A stretch of DNA of 64,000 bases from Spizellomyces punctatus DAOM BR117 (Eukaryota): the NCBI GenBank assembly GCA_000182565.2, contig KQ257456.1. The stretch is one strand, 5' to 3'. The position numbers and the translations under genes were made by a program. The notes under the pieces are model-generated. The model worked only from the letters and a program-made list of their open reading frames with translations. It ran no database searches and was not told the DNA's origin. The first letter of the stretch is position 1; each line of letters begins with the position of its first letter. Positions 24,483-34,264 of this stretch are shown piece after piece.

Positions 24483-25320
24483 CAGCGGGTGGACTCGAAC
24501 GCGTCCGGACCTTTACACTATCCTAAGCCACTTGCTTGGATCGTCCTTTGACCAAACCCCACGGCGAATGAGAACCAGGACGACGGCGGGGTATCCGACT
24601 TAAGCTAAAGTTCACGGCATAAGTAGCTGCAGTATGTCGACATACGTTCCTTACATACCAGCAACGATTATGCAAAATACTTGTGTCGCCGCCATTTGTT
24701 CCCGTCGTCCTTTGCCCATTAAATGTCTCCACCTGCCCGACGCTTACGCGATGACTGCCCCCTTTTGATCATTTTTATAGTTCGCTTTTGCAGCAGCGTA
24801 TCCCGATTGAGAAAAAACCTTCCCTCGCTAGCTATTCGACCGTAGAGGCTAGTGCCAATCCCGGAACAATATCCGCCGCATCAAGTAACTGGCGTTAGGG
24901 CTGATACACTTTCCGCGTGGACGACCTGGTGCCCCGATTCTTCTTGAGCCAGGACGAAGGCTAATGCAAGAGCATTAATTCCCTCAAAAGCTTCGTCGTC
25001 TCCGTGGGTACGGAGCTTTCCGACGACGCATATATCTCACTCGGGAGGAAGGCAGCTGTCTTGTAAATTCTGCTTGACAGGAAGGTAGGCTTTGGGAGGA
25101 ATGGCAACAAGTAACGTTTGGGTATATCAGGACAACGAACCTGCCCATGATAGTTTGGCGGTGTAAGGAATTGAGTTGGCCTCACTTCAAATGTTGATGA
25201 AGGAAGGATAAATGTGCTTTTTTAATCCCCAGATCTAGGGGTTTTATGAGCGTGTGTGGTGTACTTCGCGTTTTTGCATGGTCATACGCCCAGCAACTCC
25301 AATAGTATAAAAGCACAATA
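24483..25320 (+). ncRNA. Large structured non-coding RNA, candidate telomerase RNA (ends approximate)
   Basis: No credible ORF. At least eight nested long-range helices whose G.U pairs favour the + strand. Three-way junction with hairpin TGAG-TTGGC-CTCA (P6.1-like) at 25172-25184. A 3' hairpin is followed by ACA at 25315. Confidence 0.55.
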
Positions 25321-25340
25321 GTAAACCTTCAATTATACCT

Positions 25341-27835
25341 ATGCAGATGCTACAGTCAATGGGGACTTGCTACGCTTCCCACAATGATTCAGCAAGTCAA
25401 CCCCACAAGACAGCGGAGAGGAGAGTTCAGCAAAATCCTTCGGAGAGAAGAATTCCAGGATCAAATTGTGACAGCAAAGACTGGACTAAAAAGCGAAAAC
25501 CAAATTCACCGCAAAAGGAACGGCTCTCTGCAGTTGGAAGGTCTTATTTTTCATCAAACGCTTCCACCTCGCCAACGGAACGACGTCGTCAGAAGAGCCC
25601 AGTTGTGCGGGGTAGAGCGGCATCTCTGTCCCCGCCTCCACCTCCACCTGGCCCAGCACCCGCATTCGCTTATGATGCAGGTCGAAGAGGAACTGATAGC
25701 ACCCTGAACAACCGCCTGCCACGTGCATCACTCTCACAACCCTGTGGGCCACTAGATCGATCAGCGAGCGAGAGTAGTTTGAAGACGAAAAAAGGAAGAG
25801 CGACTCCAGACCTATCTGACGTATTCAAATATGATGGCGACCCTAGTGTTTTGGAAACACCGCCAGCCGCGGAACAAGTGGGAGGACCGATATCTATCTT
25901 GACCGACCCGGACGTCCGTGCATCGCTATACGGGCGATCCGGGAAAGTAGCATCCCGACCCATCACCCAATCACATATGCATACTCGTGTCTCAATGACT
26001 CTTGGCAAAGTGAAGTCAAAACCTCCCCCACTCAGGTTTGAGATGAAGCCTCGCCCGTCCGGCTTCAACAACGTGTTTGATAGTAACGGGGCGCGAGAGG
26101 TGCGGGAGCGCGCTGCAGACCAAGAGGAAGCGTCTGAAGTCTTTATCGACAGTGATGGCAAGCGAGATTCCGGGATTGGATTGCGGGAGGATGCCGCTGA
26201 GTCTTGCCCCCAAAACGACGATCATCCGCAGCCTAAAAGTCGTATTATTATTCATGAGAAACCCGCTATTGGGCGGCGGAATTCAAGTTCTTGTTCATCC
26301 GCCACTGGGCATTCGCAACAGGGTAGGTCTCACTCAAGCAGGTCTAGGTCACCGACACTGTCGAGGTCGCGATCGGCGTCTAGAACGAAAAGCGAACCAC
26401 GGCAGCTGGAGCAGCTACGTGCGCGCTCACGATCAAAGTCTCGGTCTCAGTCCAGAAAACGAACGAGGAGTCGGTCTTCAGATGGTCAAAAGCATCGACA
26501 TTGGGACCGCGTACGAGATCGGAGTGATAGTCGAAGTCGAAGGCGTAGACGTAGTGGGCAGTACTATGTACCCGATCGCCATAGGACTATGCGACATCAT
26601 AGGAGCCCGCCAAGATCTAATGAGAGCGCCAATGCATCAAGATCTAAAAAGCCAAGATCAATATCGCTTCAGGCAGGAAAAGTATTAATTAAAGAACGAA
26701 CGGTGGAGCGCGACGTTAAGGAAGGCTGGACGCCGATAGCCCCAGCGGATCCCGTTAAACCACGAAAGCTCAAGATAGGCCGAGGCGATGATGAAAAGAG
26801 ACGACATACATCTAACAAACGGCGACGATCACCAAGAACGACCGAGAGGAGATGGTCTAAAGCGAGTAGTGAATCGATGGATGTCGTGGAGGGTGAACCT
26901 CACGAGTTGGGCAACAGCGAGAGTTATGATGAAGATCCTTCTGCAATGGAAGGGCAGGTAGATCAAGGAACCGAAGAGATGTTTCTGGGGGCCAGCGGAT
27001 CTCTTACACCCGAACAAGTATGCCCAGTACTGCTGCCGGATGTAATTACACCAGTGGAGAGTGAACTGGAAACGGACGTTGAAGGACAAGCTTGTTCAGA
27101 ATCTGACGGGTCAGCACTGAGTTGCGTCCGGGCGGATGATCCTGTGGCGGAAGTCGTGATGCCGGCAGAGACACATCCAACCACGCAAGTACCATCGCTC
27201 GTTTCAGAGACCCTGGACATACCTGAAGGCACGGAAGAGTGGTCATCAAGTGATGGCGGGCTGGTGGAAGACGATTACCGAGGTTTGGATGTTGTTGAAG
27301 AGGTAGGGTATGTACCTGTGTTGGGCGGAGTAGAGGAAGCCTTGGGATCGAGTATGAATGGGCTGGTGCCAAGAGGTATATATTCTGACAATCCGGAAAT
27401 CATTGGTTAAAATTGCTCATATTAATTCTGGCCCCTTACCAAGACCCAACCGATCCGCTTCATCTCGTAAACCATCTCACTTCTGCTACAACATATCCCC
27501 CCATGGTGGCCCTCCATGTTCGTGGAACGAACAATGCCCGGGCAATTTTAGCAGGCACGCTTGTTTCTATCACACCGACCGCCACAATGCACCTAACTGC
27601 AGCACGAGAAACTACTATTCACATTGCCGACATACCTGATACACGGGACGATCTCGACAGTGTCGAGATGGATGATTTCGATCCTTTTGCCTTAATTGAT
27701 GAGTTTTACGACGGAGAAGAAAAGAAGAAGACTGATGAAATTAAGATGAGGAGAGTTGTGATTGTTCGGAAAAGGGATATTGCCAATGTTTGGGTTGATG
27801 GGGAGAAAGTCGATGCTGGTGCGCTGCTGAGATGA
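25341..27835 (+). CDS. Uncharacterised, largely disordered Arg/Ser-rich protein with an acidic region (2 exons)
   Basis: 689-aa ORF with an RS-rich centre, joined by a probable short intron near 27407 to the 27413-27835 ORF. TATA-like tataaaag lies at about 25306. Confidence 0.7.
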
Positions 27836-28455
27836 CTTGCTTTGAATCCGTTGCAGTGTGGTATACCCTGTTTGATAGTCGCACGAAACTACTCTGAGAA
27901 ATAGATATTAGAATGGTAAATAGGATAGCGCTACGAGACAATAAATACATTGGTAGATGAGGCTTATATGGTTAACCCAACAGTTCGGAAATTGCGCAAC
28001 TTCATTAAATGACAAGCCATCGCAAGCGACGGCCACCAGAACACCTATTATATTTCTATAAGCCTCGGCTTCTCGCTCCTTTCCTCATCTCTTACTCTTT
28101 TACAAAATAAATCGAAACAAAGAAACAACGAAAACTAAACAACTAACCAAATCTGTACACAGGGAAGGTGCAAACGAAACACGAAGAAATAGAAACAGAA
28201 GTCACCCAACAAGCGTCACGACCAAATTACTGGAGCGCTATAGCCTTTCCATCCCCAGCCAACATCCCCATCCGTTCGGTCATCCTCTCAACCTCTTCCA
28301 GTAGCCTCCGCGGAATACTTCATAGATTCAGTGAGCGAGAAAGAAAAAAGTGCCTCCAAAATGTCTACGCCCGTGTTCCTCATCGAAATGTCTATGCAAA
28401 CAACCACAATCCCGTCACCGTCTATATCTATGAATTTCCAAAAAACAAGCCCGCT

Positions 28456-31400
28456 CTACCTATAGCTTCCTGCCGCAACCATAGTTGCCAAAGCCCCTCT
28501 CCCTCCGCCAGCTTCTTCATCAACCGTCTCAACAACGCTTACACTAATACCTCCAGCACTCCCTCGCCGTTTTCCGGTCCCCACCCCGATCTTGGCAGCC
28601 AGCGACTCTCCAGCTCCAATAATGCTGCCCGCCCAACTCTCCCGTCGTCTCTGTTTGTTCATGATGCTCTCAGGAAGCGGTGGGAGAGGAGGAACGCTGT
28701 CTTGAGAGTCAATGATAATGGGATCAATGTGTGCCAAGCTGCCTGGTACAGATCGATTACGACGTAAGACTCCACTAGACGCATCTCCTCCTGGTGATTG
28801 CGGAGCTGGCGTGGCTTGAGGCGTTTTGGATTGCTGTGGCTGCTGTCCGCCTCCAAATCTCTCTCGACTTGCCTCCAACCCTTCCCTCAGCTCTCCTAAT
28901 TCGACCCACTCCCCAATCGCCTCTACTAGTGGCGCAACGATGAATTCGATAAAACTCTTTTGACTGCTACGAGGATCATTAGCTCGTTCGCCGTCACGAT
29001 TACAGAAGGGAGAAATGGGGAGCCCAAGCTCCTTTTCTTTATCCCCTTGACAGAAAAATTCCTCGGTAATCCGTTGTATCCAGGTGGCATATATTGGCCA
29101 TGATTTAGTGGGGTTAGACACGTCGGAACATTTCATGAGCCTGCAGAGGAAAGATGATATTCATTGGTCCGAAATACATCATCTATTAATAACCCAAACA
29201 GGAATGACTTACATTTGCATCAACAATGTCCGATCCTCTCTCGTCGTGAACGGGTCAAATCCACCACTGGTGAGGACTTTCTTCTTAAACATTGCCAACA
29301 GCGAGAAATGTTGCGCCAAATCTGTTGCCAGGACCATTTCTACTATGCTCTCTCGAAGGGCTCTCCATTCCTTCTTTCCCAATCCCCGTACAAAATCGCA
29401 GTCCTTTCTCCGCATGACCCCGAATGCTGATGCACAATGATGATTTTCCAAAACACTCTTGTCATTGTACAGAAGCGCTCGTGGATCTGAAGTAGCAATG
29501 AGAAAGTGATTATTCACCCCTGGATGGTCGTAATCGTGGATCGCGGCGGCAATGTAAAAGGAGAGGATCTCGAGATCAGAGAAGCAGCTTTTGATTCGGG
29601 GAAGGGAGATCAAGTAATGGATGCAGTGAAGCACATCGGTAGCGTGTATAGAATTATGGACTTTTGTATGAAACATATCAGTACATGTGACCGAATAGAA
29701 AGCTTAGCACGCAACTTACATGTCAATTGCGGATTGTAACCAGCTTCGACTGCATGCATGAAATTTAGAAACTTATCCACAGGGAGGCCCAGTCTCGGTA
29801 ATAGTCCGCTTTGCACCACCAAATGATGCGATAAGACCAACAACGGATGCTGGCTTGTGGCTTCAACGAAATCGAAGATGGGAAAGTTATACTCGTTGGC
29901 ACGGACAAGGAGAGAAACGGTACGGTCGGTATAAAAGTCTTCGACGTTGACTGGAACGAAAGAAGGAGAAGGAGGACTGCTTCCTGGAGCTCCGCCGGAC
30001 TCTGTGTTGTCAAAAACCCAATGGGGGGGTCGCTTTGGCACCGAGCCAGACGACTCGGAAGTATTGTCGCCAGAAAAGTTCTTTCGTTGTGCCAGCTGGG
30101 TGAATAGCCATTTCTACATCAACAGATACCGGCAAATTTTAATATTCAGTCCAAATACTGCAGACGATAACAGACACATACCTCTTGCTCCGCATCCACT
30201 TCCACTTGCCCTCGCTTCACTTGCTGATCCAAGTCAGGTGCAAGCAAATTTGGCGCATTCAGGCAGGCCATAATCATGTTCAAGGTCTTAAGATCTTCTG
30301 CTCCAACTGAGGGACTTGCCATCAAGCACCGAAGTCCATAGATTGCCTTCTCCAGTGGGGAATCTAAATCCGCAATTCTCGACTCGAACCCTTTTTGCAG
30401 CCCCTTCAGCTGCTTCCGGAGCTTCACGTTGATACTCAAAAATCGCTGGTCGCTCAAATATTGCAGGCGCAGATTTCTCTCCACGTCATATGCGATGAAG
30501 CAGATGACAGTAGCCGCTAGACACACTGCTACGCTTGCAAAGGGGAATTCAGTGTCGGAAATAGGACTTGCAGTCCCCTCGTCTTTGTTCCGCGCACTGC
30601 CGATGCCAAATATTACGAGCCACAACGGTACGGCCACCAAGCACACTCCAACCAACGTATGCACAAATCGCAACCGACAAAAGAAAACGTTAGCAACTAG
30701 TACGAATATGTACAGAGGGGCGGTGAGGGAGCTAGTATATCGGCTTTCGGGCCAAATGAAGAAGCGCCCACAGATAATAATGGGGCCCATGAGCCACAAG
30801 AAGAGAAGGGATACCGAATGTATGTGCTTCGAAAGAGTGTCCTTCCTCACCGTACACGATACCAGTGTGAGAAGGACCATAGGAATTATCCCGAGTAGGC
30901 CAACCAAGATGAAATCAGACAATGGAGTGCTGAAGCCTCGGGGTTGTGAATATCGTGTTATGAGGATGATTTGAAGAATAAAAGTGACAGCAACGGCGAC
31001 CATGGTAAATTTTCTCCACATATGCAGTGTTCGATCCAGAAAGTATCGCTTGTAGGTGCTTTCCACATCCGGATCATGGAACGTGAGGGTAAGTCGCGAA
31101 AAGGAATTTGACACAGCGCTGAGATGTGCGTCCATGACATTTAATAGGGTGGCCTCTCCAAATGGAAAAGATTCTAGAGTTGGCGACATCACTGGTCCCC
31201 CAAGCCCAGGTGTCATCAGCCCTGCCGTCACATCCAACTGTCCCGAAGTCGTCGATTGTGAGCGTGGTTTTACATTAAAGTAATCCGTTGGTGCACGATC
31301 CCCCGTGTGATCGTCTGCAAAATGTTTATTTCGCAGTCGTCGTAGTACAACATCCCATATTTTCATGGAACTCAGAGCACCAGCAGCGGCCCGTCCAGAC

Positions 31401-31771
31401 GTCCGTATTGGGCTTGACGGATGAGAATGGAGCGGTTCTACTGATCCCCGTCCATCGACATCTGTGCGACTGTCTTTGTCGGACATGACTGACAGTCGAC
31501 GGGTAGCGAGATCTCTGGCAGCAGCAATGTCATTTACGCTGTTATACGATGCTCGTCTGGAATTCCTATGACTAGCACGGGACGGTAAGCTCACAACTGA
31601 GGAGCGTCGGCTGGATACGACAGGTAATGGTGGGAAGCGGTATGCGTCCGGAGCAGAAGCAGACGCCGGGAAGGGGAGGGAGTTGCCGCTGTCTCGAAGA
31701 CGTCGTGGAGATGGTGACGGCGACTCCTGCAGCGGCAAGGTCAATATTGTTTGTTCCTTTACTGAAGACAT
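28456..31771 (-). CDS. Class I cyclic-nucleotide phosphodiesterase with an N-terminal multi-pass membrane domain
   Basis: Catalytic motifs FHNSIHATDV, AAAIHDYDHPGVNN, SVLENHH, LATDL, KCSDVSNP, EEFFCQGDKE and Q.SFI. About six hydrophobic helices lie upstream. Probable start MSSVKEQ at 31771. Confidence 0.9.
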
Positions 31772-32544
31772 TCGGCGGTGACGGCAAGACTCTGTTCTGG
31801 CCGAATCACCATGCGTTATATCCCTCCACCAACCCGGACGACAAACGGTTTGTTGACACAAAACAGCGAGAGAAATCCCTTGCCCCCTTCACCGTCCCTT
31901 TGCTCGCCAAAAGGACGGGTTGGGGCACGTTGAAAAACAAAAGAGCCACAAGAGTGAGATCCCAAGCGCTAACAAAAGAGTACAGGCTCTCGCTGGGTCC
32001 AGTTGCGTGTGTTCGATGGATGCGCGGGATCGTCAACTGTTCGCAGTTTGGAGAGCGGAGGAAACGAATCTCGTCAAGAAAACGTCTTGTTGGCACCAAT
32101 GTACAAGACCCTCCTAAGAGATGGAGGAATGCAAGTAGGTGCGTGGGAATTGTCTCTGTATTTACAAGGATGCTCCCTTTGGAACAGATCCAAATGATTT
32201 CGCAATGAGCGAACGAGGCTGCAACCTACGCCACTGACAAAAGCCGACAAGTGGCTGATTCCAGGTGGGTGGGAAATGACCTGAAGGGATGATGGGGCGG
32301 AAGCGATGATCGAGAACGGAGAGAGATGGGAGTTGTCTGCAGCCACCAAAAACCTTTTGAACTTGCTGTTAGCAAAAAAGTTCAAAAGAACTCGGCAAGT
32401 TGAAAACGAGAAAAACTTTTTGATCGCGCAGAAAACGCGTGGGCGGATCCGAAACAAAACTTTTTTTTAGGGAGGGATTTCCAATGAAGAAGCATTTCAA
32501 AAGACTGCGAAACTTATGCAACGAACATCTCTTATGCAACGGTT

Positions 32545-33872
32545 TCATTCATCCTCGCGCTTGCTTTCTACCACCATGTCCCCAACACCATTCAACACTA
32601 TAAAAGGTCTATATGCTTGCTCAAAAAGATTGGATCGGTTGGTAACGCCGCTCAGCACAAGAACTGTTGAAAAGAGAGAGAAAAACTAGCATCAAAAACC
32701 ATAATAAAAATACAAGAGATCGTATGATAGCCTAGTTATTATACCTGGATCGATCTGAGCATAGACGCCCGCCAAAATGTCAGTGTCCATGCGATCCCCA
32801 ATAATGCAGGTTTCGTCTTTGTTGGTGCCCAGAATGCTTGCAGCATATCTTGATGTCAAAAGCATCAACAATTTGATGTACCATAACCGTTTGCGCTCAT
32901 GCATAATTACCGCATCATCAATGCACTTGGCTTTCCACAATAGAAAGCCTTTCGACCAGATGCCAGTTCCACGGCCGCGCAAAAGGCACCCGTTGCAGGC
33001 ACAATGCCCGCATCACTTGGGCCATTAACATCGGGATTCGTCCCAATCAATTTGGCACCACGGGCGACGAGATTCACTGCGCGGGTGATCTTGTTGGAAT
33101 TGCTTATTTAAAATTTCTTTTTCTCAAACAAATTTGCCCAACACTCACCTTTTCAAAATTGTGACTGTTTCCTTCCCCAATCACCACGTAATCTGGGTTC
33201 TACAAATGTGTCAGTGCAAAACATTTTGAACGTTTTGAACAAGTTGAACGCACCGAATCATTCATTGTAAACCCAGCTTCGTACAAAGCATACGTGAGCC
33301 CTGGTTCGCCAATGACATACACAGTTCCTCCATGTGGTTTTTGGGATTGTAGGAATTTGGCAGTGGCGATGGCGGACGTGTAGAAATGCTCTTCTGATAC
33401 GGCGAGCCCCAGGCGAGCGAGCTTTTGGGAAAGTTCGCGCGGAGTAGGTGCAGAATTGTTGGTCTATCAAACAACGCACATGCGGCGCATCAGCAAACAT
33501 ACATAAACCTTCGTACACGAGAGTAAACTCACCAAGAAGAGGAATTTTTTGTTTTCCTTCAATAGCCAGGAAATAAATTCCTTGACTCCTGGATACGGGC
33601 TAGGTTAAGAGTGCACTGGCCAAACGGATTTTCCACAGATGGCATTACTTACCAGGTAGCAGCAAATTCCCATGGTATATAACACCATCCATATCGCATA
33701 TGAACCCCTAATGCACGAGATAGAAAATTAGCAAATATTCGCAGGAACACTACGCCAACAGTCCGGGCACCTTCTTTTCTTGTATTTTATGCAGCCTTGC
33801 TTCATACTCATCAGGAGAGAGTTCTGAAAGAATAGCGAGGTCCGTGCGTGAAAAAGTTGGTATAGATGCCAT
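32545..33872 (-). CDS. HAD-superfamily IIA phosphatase, NagD-like (multi-exon)
   Basis: GFICDMDGVIYHG (motif I), LTNNS, HFYTSAIATAKFL, LIGTNPD, GKP and IIGDRMDTDILAG motifs across short exons. Confidence 0.92.
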
Positions 33873-34264
33873 GATGTTTGGAAAGTTTAAGGAATTCTTC
33901 ACCTCCAAGCAATCGATGAACTGAGGCCATCGGGGGCATCGCTGACTCATTACTGCGCACTCATTCGAGCCGGTTCGTGGATGCCTTTCTGACGCTTTTG
34001 GGGAGATGCAAGTCTCTTGGCACATTTTCCAGCTTTGTTCCGTAGGTTTAGATAGTAAAGAGCATTGTGGGGGATGCACGATACCGAGTCCCACGCTTGT
34101 TGCGCTCATAGTCAAAGCATCGCCGAAGTCGGTGTTAGCGGGCAGGAGCAGCGCTCGTAGGCTAGTGCCTCAGTCACAACGTTAAACATGTAACACCTAC
34201 ATTGGTCCAGACGTTTGCAAACGTATTTAAGTCAAATTCGGAGTTCTTTCTTCTGTCACTCTCA

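Noticed and set aside
24481-24540. tRNA-like GTTCGAGTCC on the - strand
   Set aside because: No cloverleaf (acceptor, D or anticodon arms) could be built around it.
24751-24780. U3 snoRNA box A-like GATCATTTTTATAG
   Set aside because: No properly spaced C', B, C and D boxes follow, and it lies inside the long nested arm.
24894-24900. CCCTAAC on the - strand as a TTAGGG template
   Set aside because: Only 7 nt long, and the G.U pairs and the P6.1 loop work only on the + strand.
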